A DNA stretch of 63,132 nt, counting the filler. It is 6 parts of 6 records of this genome, joined end to end, with 100 filler letters (N's around TTAATTAATTAA, not from the genome) between each part and the next. Parts side by side here need not be neighbours in the genome. Positions count along the whole stretch, not along the records: positions 21,881 to 45,151 come from SRR20825010_6678; 5 more parts are not named here. The stretch is one strand, 5' to 3'. The position numbers and the translations under genes were made by a program. Every line of letters begins with the position of its first letter. Positions within the stretch are counted from its first letter, which is position 1. The notes under the pieces were generated by a model. It was not told the origin of the DNA. It was given only the letters and a program-made list of their open reading frames with translations, and searched no databases. This document shows positions 31,549 through 43,218 of the stretch, one piece after another.

Positions 31549-33476
31549 TTGGACGTACCTCGCTCTTTATCCTGCAAACTTTTGCGAAGGGTCGCAATCT
31601 CTTGGTGCGTTGAGGCATCCGGATTAAGGGTGTTTTTAGGCGCCTTTGCCTTGGGTCGCCGCGGTGTCTTCAGAGCTGCAACTGCGTGAGCTCGATCATT
31701 GCCGCGCACCACTTTCCGGCCGTATGCGGTAAGATGCTTCCTGATTTTTCGTGCTTGCACCGCCGCGTCTGAGCCCGCGATAAGTGCCTTCTCGCGCTCC
31801 ACTTCCTCAGCCCTTATGGCCTCATGGAGCCACAGGTCGCGCCCTCGGTATTCCGTCTTGTCGGTCGGCACCTTGATAAACCGCTGCTCATTCGGAACTT
31901 TGACGTAAATAGCCCCGATATCTACAGGGTCTACTCTGAGATCGATTATGAAAGGCTTAGCCCCGAGCTTCTGCCAAAGTCTCTTTAACTCGTCACTCTG
32001 GTAAAATGTCCCGTGAATTTCGATACCACGCTTCTGCAGTGTGCGCGTCTCATGAATGGAACAGCTCATGCGCACCGATTCAGGGCTGGCTGGCAGGTCC
32101 ACGGGGAACTGCTTCACGCCTTCGACCCACTTATTCATCGGAATGTCGCAGAGTGTCCTATGAAAACGGTGAACATACACATCGACTATCCACTTATGCA
32201 GACTCTCGTAGAGCTCTTGATAAGGTATACAAGCTCTCTGAGCTGCAAGCGTTACTTCAGTTGTATTCTCGACATCGGGAATGAAGCCAGGCAAACCTTT
32301 CAGAAAACTGACCTTAAGCGTTCCAAAGAAGGACTCTATCGTGCCTTTCCAGTTGGGTGAACCGGGCGGGCAAATGACCGTATCAATACCCATTTCGACA
32401 CACATCCGCTCGTGCGCTTCCCCGACAAACGGTGCCCCACGATCGGCCACCAATTTGTGTGCCAGACCATGAACCGGGTATGCCTTCTCCACCGAAGGCA
32501 GGCTCGAAAGGAGGTCACTATACCCGAGAATACCACGCCGGATCCCAGCGCCAACACTTGCAAAATCCGCTCGAAACCCAAGGGAAATGGCCCACGGCAC
32601 GCGCGAAAACAAATCGATCGCGACATATAGCCAGGGACGAATGACACCCCCACCAGGCAAGGGGATGTAAATGGGCAGCATCTGATGGTCTTCATAGAGA
32701 TATTGAAGCGGCGCAGTGGCCTCATAGCCTTTACCTGTCGCCCGAAACTGAAGGTCAGCATGGCGGCGTCCATGGTGGGCGACCGCAACAGTGTAGCAAT
32801 CAAGGCTCCCGAAGACACGATAGCACGTCGCTTTACTGACCGTCTTTGCTCTTCCCGTGTACCCGGCAGCGGCGCGGATATTTTCAATTCCGGGAATAAT
32901 TTCTTCTTCGATTATGACGCGCTTCGAAGGTGGATTGACTTTCAAAAATTCTCGCTTGATGACCTGTTCGCAGAACGTCATTTCTTCATCCGTGAAGGCA
33001 TGCCTTTTGCGGCCGCGGCCACGGAATTTAGGCACCAGAACGTCGTTGTTTTTACCATGCCTGAGCCATTCCCGATACCAGCTCGCCACTGTACTTCGCT
33101 TTGGCGGACGTTTATCCGCAATGATTACCGCGACATCACGGATCACAGCCTCTATAATCGAACGGACGGATTGGTCGGGGCGACACGCACGGTGCAGCGA
33201 CGTAACGTACCAAAGTCGCCTGCTGTAGACCTCCTTGGCTTTTCCGGTTAGGTCTACCCTGTAGCCGAGCTTTTCCTTTTGTTCTTCAGGCTGAAACAAA
33301 GTCAATTCACCTGAGAGAATTTTCGCTTCCAGATCCTCCCTGCTCATTGTGCGATGGCGACCGTTCGCCACAATCTTGAGCACCACCCCATGCCGAGTTT
33401 CTAACTCGTCGATTTTCAGGTCAGTATCACCATCAAACAAAATAAGACCGACGTGCAATTTGATCCGTTCACTCAC
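31542..33476 (-). CDS. tnsB: TnsB/TniA DDE transposase (Mu-like)
   Basis: YEDH, IDLFSR, VADRG, KGTIESFF (DDE intact) and Mu C-terminal VDPVDIG. GGGAGG RBS before the GTG at 33476. Confidence 0.92.
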   Translation of the reverse strand: MSERIKLHVGLILFDGDTDLKIDELETRHGVVLKIVANGRHRTMSREDLEAKILSGELTLFQPEEQKEKLGYRVDLTGKAKEVYSRRLWYVTSLHRACRPDQSVRSIIEAVIRDVAVIIADKRPPKRSTVASWYREWLRHGKNNDVLVPKFRGRGRKRHAFTDEEMTFCEQVIKREFLKVNPPSKRVIIEEEIIPGIENIRAAAGYTGRAKTVSKATCYRVFGSLDCYTVAVAHHGRRHADLQFRATGKGYEATAPLQYLYEDHQMLPIYIPLPGGGVIRPWLYVAIDLFSRVPWAISLGFRADFASVGAGIRRGILGYSDLLSSLPSVEKAYPVHGLAHKLVADRGAPFVGEAHERMCVEMGIDTVICPPGSPNWKGTIESFFGTLKVSFLKGLPGFIPDVENTTEVTLAAQRACIPYQELYESLHKWIVDVYVHRFHRTLCDIPMNKWVEGVKQFPVDLPASPESVRMSCSIHETRTLQKRGIEIHGTFYQSDELKRLWQKLGAKPFIIDLRVDPVDIGAIYVKVPNEQRFIKVPTDKTEYRGRDLWLHEAIRAEEVEREKALIAGSDAAVQARKIRKHLTAYGRKVVRGNDRAHAVAALKTPRRPKAKAPKNTLNPDASTHQEIATLRKSLQDKERGTSKC

Positions 33477-33477
33477 T

Positions 33478-34068
33478 TCATCCTCCCATCTTCGGGTTTC
33501 GGGATAATAGGCAGTCGGGTCCAAGGCCTGCTGACAGGTCGGCTTGCAGCTGGCAGGAGATAATTAGCTGATCCACGTGACCTTCTGTGCCCAGGTAGCT
33601 CACCAACTGAGCCAGTGTGGCTGGCCATTCACCCGGGTAGGCGTCGAGCCTTTCCAATAGTTGACGAGACGGTACTTGCCGTCGGCTTCGTCGCAGGCGT
33701 GTGACCGTTGCCCTGACGGAAGCATCGAGCAAGAAATCACGATCAAAAAGCCGAAGCTGCAGGCCTGCACGCTGCATGGCCCGGCAGGTTTCTGATAGAG
33801 CTTTCGGAAGGGCGCCCGCCGGGCGCAAATCGGCAAAATAGGTGCCTGAAAAGGTGTACACCAACGCCGGAAACTTTTGTCGGGCCATGCCGTTGATATC
33901 CGGGGACATCACTTGCGCACGAATATGGCGCACATGGGGGTCTACATCCAGATACTCAAACAGGGCCTGCTGTGCCACACCACGCCACTTGAGAATACCG
34001 TCCGATTTCCTGCTGGCAATATAGCCTTCGAGAAAAAGGCGGGTCTGCGGAGTAACATCGATACCCAT
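33478..34068 (-). CDS. tnsA: TnsA-like protein with degenerate nuclease active site
   Basis: GYIASRK, LDVDPHV...AQ, GLQLRLF follow the TnsA_N pattern, immediately upstream of tnsB. The catalytic E, PD and ExK motifs are absent. Confidence 0.7.
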   Translation of the reverse strand: MGIDVTPQTRLFLEGYIASRKSDGILKWRGVAQQALFEYLDVDPHVRHIRAQVMSPDINGMARQKFPALVYTFSGTYFADLRPAGALPKALSETCRAMQRAGLQLRLFDRDFLLDASVRATVTRLRRSRRQVPSRQLLERLDAYPGEWPATLAQLVSYLGTEGHVDQLIISCQLQADLSAGLGPDCLLSRNPKMGG

Positions 34069-34265
34069 CAATCCCTCCTCTCAATACCGCACGCAGACAA
34101 CAAAGTGGGGCGATGACGAGCTAACTCTTGGATTTGTATGCCAGATGCGAGGGCACAGCTGTTGATCCAGCACCCTCCAATGGCTTGGCGCCCATAGAAG
34201 ATCCCCGAATGCACCAACGTCGCCACCAGGTTACGCGTGTTGCAAAAAATGAAACACCAGGACAT
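34068..34265 (-). CDS. Small Cys-rich ORF heading the tns operon
   Basis: AGGAGG 5 nt before the ATG. Stop overlaps the tnsA start. Confidence 0.35.
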   Translation of the reverse strand: MSWCFIFCNTRNLVATLVHSGIFYGRQAIGGCWINSCALASGIQIQELARHRPTLLSACGIERRD

Positions 34266-34601
34266 ATCGGCCTCCTGTTGACACCTCCTCTAGGGTGCGC
34301 GAGGTCGAATGCAAGTCAATAAATATTCGCTAAGGCTATGAATTGCAGGGAGTTTTCATGACAAAAACACGGCATTAGAAAATGTTTTCCGAAATAAAGG
34401 AGGCGACTCGCCAACATTTTAGAAAATCTAATCTACAAATTTATTGCCATACATAAGTATAATAAAACCACTATTTTATAGAGTGATTATTTTTATTATA
34501 TATATAACTAACAATTACTTTAAAAGCATAAAGATTGTCCCCCGAAACATGCCCGCAAAGCTTCTGGAGAGGTTGCGTGAAAAGAATGAGATGTTGGAAA
34601 A

Positions 34602-34952
34602 TCAGCTTTGAGCTTCAAAAATGGCATTAATCGCGCTGCGCGTGGCCTTCAGCGTCTTGAGATCCATCGCGACAATATCCGCAACGAGACGCGCTTCAAG
34701 ATTCACGTGTTCTTTCGTTTTTTTGGTCTGGTCGGTGGTACTGCGGCCAAACACGAGTTCATCCAGACCACACTCAAGTGCCTGAGCCAAATCAATCAGC
34801 GTGGCAAGATTTGGCGCATTCACACCGCGCTCAACTTGAGATATCGTAAACACCGAGCGGGCTGACAGGCCAGCAAGGTCTTCCTGCGTCAGGCCTCTGG
34901 CCTTCCGGTAGGCGCCGATGCGCGCGCCAATGATATTTGCTAGTTTATCCAT
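34602..34952 (-). CDS. XRE family HTH transcriptional regulator
   Basis: IGARIGAYRKARGLTQEDLA...ISQVERG...LIDLAQAL. Confidence 0.9.
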   Translation of the reverse strand: MDKLANIIGARIGAYRKARGLTQEDLAGLSARSVFTISQVERGVNAPNLATLIDLAQALECGLDELVFGRSTTDQTKKTKEHVNLEARLVADIVAMDLKTLKATRSAINAIFEAQS

Positions 34953-35003
34953 CCTAGTAAAATGCAACGGGTTTGGATGGCACTGAATATACATACCTAC
35001 TAT

Positions 35004-35032
35004 TTGACGCCATAAATCAGCGACTATATACT
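35004..35032 (+). promoter_or_regulatory. Sigma-70 promoter divergent from the XRE gene
   Basis: TTGACG-N17-TATACT. Confidence 0.7.
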
Positions 35033-35070
35033 GGTTGCACATTCAGGTTTCTATTCGAGGAAACGGAACC

Positions 35071-35328
35071 ATGGCCGAACAAACAGATAAGCTTGCAGCA
35101 GCGCATGAACTCGAACTGTCGATTGTGAATGCTGTCTTTGACTATGTGAACGACGATGACAGCAAGGCGGGATTTGGCATCAGCGCAGCATTCAGGGCCT
35201 GCGTGTCGCTGGCCAAAAACTCCTCCATGTCACCTCAGACGCGGATGGCGCTTGCACAGCATGTTTTCCTTGACATGACCGGCGACCTCACACCGTCAAC
35301 AATCCGCGGTGCGAACGACCGGCAATAA
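35071..35328 (+). CDS. Small hypothetical protein
   Basis: GAGG RBS and near-consensus promoter upstream. 85 aa. Confidence 0.6.
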   Translation: MAEQTDKLAAAHELELSIVNAVFDYVNDDDSKAGFGISAAFRACVSLAKNSSMSPQTRMALAQHVFLDMTGDLTPSTIRGANDRQ

Positions 35329-35455
35329 CAGAACGCCCAAGCCTATGGCGAGAGCGCCATTGTTACTGACAGTTCTTGACCAGAACCGCAGGAAGTTTCG
35401 ATCTGATGCGCACCGAAGGATAAAAGGCCATAAGGCCCGCAACCCGGCACGCAAA

Positions 35456-35659
35456 TTACGTTCCCCGTTCATCTTCGGGAAGCCTTTTCCGGCGCAATCG
35501 CTGATTGCTCAGGTCTATAAGCATGCCAGCCTTGACATAGCCCTCACCGTGAACCTCCCAGCCGTCTGCAATAAGCTCATCGATTTGTTCCTGAACTTTC
35601 TCGTTCTCAAAATGCCGCCACCTGATCACTCGATATTCATATTCATCATCTGCCTGCAT
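35456..35659 (-). CDS. Small DUF4177/DUF1737-like protein
   Basis: YEYRVI...EQIDELIADGWEV pattern, purine-rich RBS. Downstream of the tRNA-like gene on the same strand. Confidence 0.55.
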   Translation of the reverse strand: MQADDEYEYRVIRWRHFENEKVQEQIDELIADGWEVHGEGYVKAGMLIDLSNQRLRRKRLPEDERGT

Positions 35660-35739
35660 CACATCCCCCTCTCTCAGAGGCCATACACGCACCTACGCCA
35701 ACGGCCAGTATCTGCAATCAACGGATATCAAAATGATGA

Positions 35740-35829
35740 TAGGGGTGGTCGGCATCGAACCGACGACCTGCCGCTTATCTGGCGCTACGGGATATAAGAC
35801 TGCTGCTCTACCAACTGAGCTACACCCCC
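35740..35829 (-). tRNA. tRNA-Ile-like gene with a 17-nt insert in the anticodon loop
   Basis: GGGGGTG/CACCCCT acceptor stem, GCTC-AGTTGGTA-GAGC D arm, GTCGG-TTCGATG-CCGAC T arm, A73. Length 90 nt = 73 + 17. No encoded CCA. Confidence 0.8.
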
Positions 35830-36357
35830 ACAAAAATTCACACGCGGCTTACCGGAGCATCATTTGAGCGGCGTCTTGTCCACGAAAATAGTGCCCCTCA
35901 AATTTGGGGGAATCGCAACTTTGATCTCCTAATCTTCGTTGTTTAAAGCAACATGAGATGGACCGAGCGAACTTAACTTGCCAAGCTCTACAATCGGTAT
36001 GGATCTCGTAAAAAGTCATCACAGCGGCCAGATGGCGGTAATATCCACAACTGGAAAATGTCATTCAATTATGCCTCAGCATTAGTGTACGAACCGGGAA
36101 ACCGCAAACCTCTGCCTAACATTGGGCGACCAAGTCATCACATGCACCCTCAGGGAAATATACTCAAATATAACCGTGTATAAGCCGTTTGCGATATACA
36201 TGATTATACTTCGATAGAAACGAAAGAAATTGTTGGACCATAACGCGGTGTCCACAATCACCTACCCGTCGCATTCACCTAGGCTATTTGTGCGCCGTTG
36301 CTGGTTAACGACAGGCCGATCATCCTCAAAACCTGCTATTGATTCTTTTGGTTTCAG

Positions 36358-36382
36358 CCGCTCTCGACCCAAAGCGGACATT
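36358..36382. repeat. Short hairpin repeat, copy A
   Basis: CCGCTCTCGACCCAAAGCGGACATT. The 13-mer CGACCCAAAGCGG recurs at 43696. Confidence 0.55.
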
Positions 36383-36390
36383 CCGCAACC

Positions 36391-37320
36391 TTACCTGCAC
36401 TCATGCACCTCGACAGTGAGGTGGCAAATGCCGATTTCGCGTTCAATACGGGATTTGTAGTGATCGGGGTGTTGCGGTGCGTGTGCCACCACAGACACAA
36501 TAGCGGCGAGCTGGTTTGAGTTGAGCCGCCACACGTGCAGGTCGGCTACCTTGTCATCCCCACTGTCTTCGATCACGGTGATGATCTTCTCGCGCGCGGC
36601 ATCGTCATCGTGCCGGTCCAGAAGGATCGCGGCGGTATCCTTGCCAAGCCCGATTGCCCATTTGGTGATAATCACGGCACCGACGATGCCCATCACAGGA
36701 TCGAGCCACACCCAGCCGAACGATTTGCCGGCCAGCAGGGCAACGATGGCAAGGACAGACGTGAGCGCGTCCGCCATCACATGCAGATAGGCTGCGCGCA
36801 GGTTATGGTCGTGATGATGGTGGTGGCTGTGACCATGGCCCTCGTGGTTGTGCTCGCCATGATGATGATGGCCACCAAGCATGAAGGCACTGGCGATATT
36901 TACCACGAGCCCCAGCACCGCAACACCAATGGCTTGGTTGAACTGGATCGACTGTGGCGTGATCAACCGTTCCACCGATTCAACCGCCATCAAAAGTGCG
37001 ACAACCCCGAGCACAATAGCGCTTGAATAGCCTCCCAGCACGCTCACCTTGCCGGTGCCGAAGCTGAACGCATCGTTGTCTGCATGCTTGCGCGCGTATG
37101 CATAGGCAAACAGCGTGATGCCGAGCGCTGCGGCGTGGGTGCCCGTATGCCACCCGTCGGCCAATAGCGCCATGGAGCCAAAGGTAACGCCCGCCGCAAT
37201 TTCAGCCACCATCATGATGACGGTCAGCCACACCACCCAGCGTGTGCGCTTCTCGGCATGGTCACTCGCACCATGGAAGTCATGATCATGTGTCCACTTG
37301 CTCATATTATCCGCGTGCAT
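36391..37320 (-). CDS. dmeF: CDF family Co/Ni/Zn efflux transporter (DmeF-like)
   Basis: SMALLADGWH, FSFGTGK, poly-His loop, NLRAAYLHVMADALTS, HLTVEV. Confidence 0.9.
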   Translation of the reverse strand: MHADNMSKWTHDHDFHGASDHAEKRTRWVVWLTVIMMVAEIAAGVTFGSMALLADGWHTGTHAAALGITLFAYAYARKHADNDAFSFGTGKVSVLGGYSSAIVLGVVALLMAVESVERLITPQSIQFNQAIGVAVLGLVVNIASAFMLGGHHHHGEHNHEGHGHSHHHHHDHNLRAAYLHVMADALTSVLAIVALLAGKSFGWVWLDPVMGIVGAVIITKWAIGLGKDTAAILLDRHDDDAAREKIITVIEDSGDDKVADLHVWRLNSNQLAAIVSVVAHAPQHPDHYKSRIEREIGICHLTVEVHECR

Positions 37321-37348
37321 TTCATGTTCCTTACTTTGGAGAAATCTC

Positions 37349-37374
37349 TGAGGTGGCCCCGAAGGGCCACCTCA
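37349..37374 (-). other. Stable intergenic hairpin between czcA and dmeF
   Basis: 11-bp perfect stem TGAGGTGGCCC with a cUUCGg loop on the minus strand. No U-tract. Confidence 0.6.
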
Positions 37375-37390
37375 TGACAGGTTTGGGGTG

Positions 37391-40567
<3,177 letters not shown>

Positions 40568-41830
40568 CTAATGGTCGTGGGACGCGCCATCTTTTTCGAT
40601 GTCCGCCTTGATGATGAAACTGTTGTTGGTGACATAGCGCTGGCCGGGCTTTATGCCGCCAAGAACCTCGACCCACTCAGGCGTGCGTTCACCCAGTTCA
40701 AGCATGCGCACCTCATATGTTTCACCGACCTGTGCAAACACGACGGTGAAGTCACGGAAACGCTGCAACGCCTCGGGGCGTACCGCGAGAGGCACTTCAC
40801 GCTTGGCCACTATGGCCTTGCCTTTCACCGTCATGCCCGGAATCCATTCCTTGGTGGGGTTGGCAAGTGGGGCATGCATAATCAGGGTCTGGGTCGCGCT
40901 TTCAGCGGTCGGGAGGTAGAACTCCAGCTCTGCCTTTGCTGTGTGACGGCCATCAACGGATGAGACGGCAACCATCTGGCCGGGCCGCACGATGTCGGTA
41001 TCACCAGGATAGACGTGGAAATCCACTCTGAGGCGCGTCAGGTCACCAATCACGAACAGTGGGCTGTCGCTGACGACATCACCTTTCTGTGCGGTGCGGC
41101 TGACGATCACACCGTCCATTGGCGCTGTGATATTGTAGGGGCGCAGGCTTTCGTTGCTCTCGATCCGTGCAAGCACCTCACCTTCTTTCACCGTTTGGCC
41201 TTCGGTCTTGCGTACCTCAAGGATTTTACCCGGAAAACGGGCGCGCAGGGTTGATTGGGCATCTGGGGCGAACTCCACCCGCCCAAGAAGGTCGAGTGTA
41301 CTTTCAATGGTTTGTGGCCCCACGGCTTCAACTTCGATCCCCATCTGGTTTGCCATGGCGACGCTGATGGTCGTGCGCCCCTCATAGCTGTCATATGACC
41401 AGGTATGGGTCTTGCCCTTGTAGGTCGCTTTCACAGCCACATCAAACGAGTGCGGTTCCGTCACCACACCGTCACCGGAGAGGTAGCCTCCTTCGGCCTC
41501 AAACCGGAAATAGTTCTCCTCCCCGTCAAGCCTTGAAAGCGTGATACTGGCGTCGACGGCTGAAGGCGCAATGGCCTTGCCGTTTTCATAAGCAAAAAGC
41601 CGGAACTGTGGCGGTGTACCTTGCTCGAAAATCGTGACCTCGATCGCGAAGGCACCATCCTCCAGCAGGCGCCCGCCGTTTGGCCCCTTGGCCACTTCGT
41701 CATGGGCTGCCTCTTCGTGGCCATGCCCCTCACCGTCGCGGGCGTGATTGTCGGCCTGTTGCCCGCATGCAGCCAGCATCAGGGCCGCTGCGGAAAGTAT
41801 CGTGAGTTTCTTGAATAGTGACTGTGTCAT
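40568..41830 (-). CDS. czcB: RND membrane fusion protein (CzcB-like)
   Basis: Lipobox LAAC, His-rich N-terminus, lipoyl motifs (APMDG), C-terminal ASHDH. Confidence 0.9.
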   Translation of the reverse strand: MTQSLFKKLTILSAAALMLAACGQQADNHARDGEGHGHEEAAHDEVAKGPNGGRLLEDGAFAIEVTIFEQGTPPQFRLFAYENGKAIAPSAVDASITLSRLDGEENYFRFEAEGGYLSGDGVVTEPHSFDVAVKATYKGKTHTWSYDSYEGRTTISVAMANQMGIEVEAVGPQTIESTLDLLGRVEFAPDAQSTLRARFPGKILEVRKTEGQTVKEGEVLARIESNESLRPYNITAPMDGVIVSRTAQKGDVVSDSPLFVIGDLTRLRVDFHVYPGDTDIVRPGQMVAVSSVDGRHTAKAELEFYLPTAESATQTLIMHAPLANPTKEWIPGMTVKGKAIVAKREVPLAVRPEALQRFRDFTVVFAQVGETYEVRMLELGERTPEWVEVLGGIKPGQRYVTNNSFIIKADIEKDGASHDH

Positions 41831-41831
41831 G

Positions 41832-43142
41832 TCAGTTTCCTTCAGGGCCGACCTGTACCTCTGCGCCGCTCATGGTAGTGGCGGGCATGGTCGCGTCTGT
41901 CGAATGGATTGCTGTCAGGCGGTTGATGTCAGCCTGCGCGAGATGAAATTGGGTAAGGGCGGCGATACGCTGGGTTTCGATGTCAGCGAGCAGTGACTGC
42001 GCCGCAAAGACATCGAGGTAGGAGGCCGCCCCTTTATCCATACGCTCCAGCACGAGCGCCTTGGCATCCTCGGCCGCCTGCAGGCTTCCGCTGAGCTGGC
42101 GGGCGGCGGTGAAGGCTGCGCGCTGCCGGGCATGCGCCAGTCCCAGTTGCCGGATCAGGGTACGCTCCCGGTCGGCACGCTCATACATATTGCGGCTGAC
42201 TGCCGCGCGCGCACGCCTGATGTTGCCCTGATTGGTATCATATAGCGCCAGTGGGATGGACACCCCGGCAACCGCGGCAACGTCCGACGTATCCTGATGA
42301 TAGCGCACACCTACCCGCACTGTCGGGTCCTGCACCGATTTCGCTTTCTCAAGCGACAGGGAGGCCTCAAGCGCCGCTTCCCGCAAGTCCCAGATCGCGA
42401 GATCGGGGCTACCAGCGACCGAGGCTTCGGTCATTGGCACCAGTGCGGCCGGAAGTTTGAAGCCTTGTCCGGCATCGACACTGACGGCAGTCGCGTCCGC
42501 ACCCCATAGGCCCGCGAGGGAGACTTTGGCGGCCATCAGCTCCTGCTCCGCGTTTGCCACAAGGTTGGAGGCATTCAGGTAGCGGATATGGGCATTTTGC
42601 ACGGCAAGTTCGGAATCCTTGCCGGCTTCCATACGCGCGCGGATCGCGCCTTCAATATCCTTGAGGATAGCCGCCTGGGTCGTAAGCTGGTCCAGCCGCG
42701 TCCGGGCAGCAACCACGTCCACATAAGCCTTTTCCGCCGTATGGATCAGATCCAGTCGCTGGATATGCCATTCACCTTCACCGATACGGGCTTCCTCCCG
42801 CGCAAGCTTTGTCCGTAGGCTGCGCTTGTTGCCGCGCTCGAACTGCTGCGCGTAAGTGACCGTCAGCTCCGTGCGGTCAAGCCCGGTGAACGGGCCAGTA
42901 CCGGTAAAGTTTTCGAGCTCAGCACCTACCGTCGGGTTTGGGCGTATATCCGCCTGCAGGATGGCCGCTTCATACTCGGCAACACGTGCGCGCGCCGCCT
43001 CAAGGGTGGGGGAAGCCTCAAGCACTCGCCTGATGACCTCATCCCGGGTTAACGTGAGTTCCGCCTCTGCGGGCCCGGACCATAATACCGCGCCGGCATA
43101 GACGCCGAGGGCAGCATGAGCCGCCACTTTAAAGATAGTCAT
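41832..43142 (-). CDS. czcC: TolC family outer membrane factor (CzcC-like)
   Basis: RPNP, FERGNKR, SIPLALYDTNQGNI. First gene of the CBA order. Confidence 0.9.
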   Translation of the reverse strand: MTIFKVAAHAALGVYAGAVLWSGPAEAELTLTRDEVIRRVLEASPTLEAARARVAEYEAAILQADIRPNPTVGAELENFTGTGPFTGLDRTELTVTYAQQFERGNKRSLRTKLAREEARIGEGEWHIQRLDLIHTAEKAYVDVVAARTRLDQLTTQAAILKDIEGAIRARMEAGKDSELAVQNAHIRYLNASNLVANAEQELMAAKVSLAGLWGADATAVSVDAGQGFKLPAALVPMTEASVAGSPDLAIWDLREAALEASLSLEKAKSVQDPTVRVGVRYHQDTSDVAAVAGVSIPLALYDTNQGNIRRARAAVSRNMYERADRERTLIRQLGLAHARQRAAFTAARQLSGSLQAAEDAKALVLERMDKGAASYLDVFAAQSLLADIETQRIAALTQFHLAQADINRLTAIHSTDATMPATTMSGAEVQVGPEGN

Positions 43143-43218
43143 GATGTCTACTCTCATCAAAAAACAACAGAGAGCGCGCAGCGACTGCCGCACGCGAGAA
43201 TGTCAAGATTTGAAGAGA

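Larger units (their letters stand above)
28250..34265. mobile_element. Tn7-like transposon core (tnsA*-tnsB-tnsC-tniQ) with tyrosine recombinase and res-like site; ends not located
   Basis: Coupled tns operon converging on the recombinase, with only 6 bp between the stop codons. Confidence 0.8.

Noticed and set aside
34321-34600. Candidate Tn7 right end (TGTTTTCCGAAA, TGTCCCCCGAAA, TGTTGGAAAA)
   Set aside because: Similarity is too weak and irregular to call TnsB sites. No matching left end or TSD was found.
35309-35797. 162-aa plus-strand ORF
   Set aside because: Overlaps the tRNA-like gene and the better-supported minus-strand small ORF, and has no recognisable features.
35960-35990. Sigma-54 promoter for the tRNA-like gene (TTGGCAAG...TTCGC, minus strand)
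   Set aside because: GG-to-GC spacing is 12 nt rather than the required 10.
29445-36390. CRISPR-associated transposon (CAST)
   Set aside because: No cas genes and no repeat-spacer array were seen on this contig.
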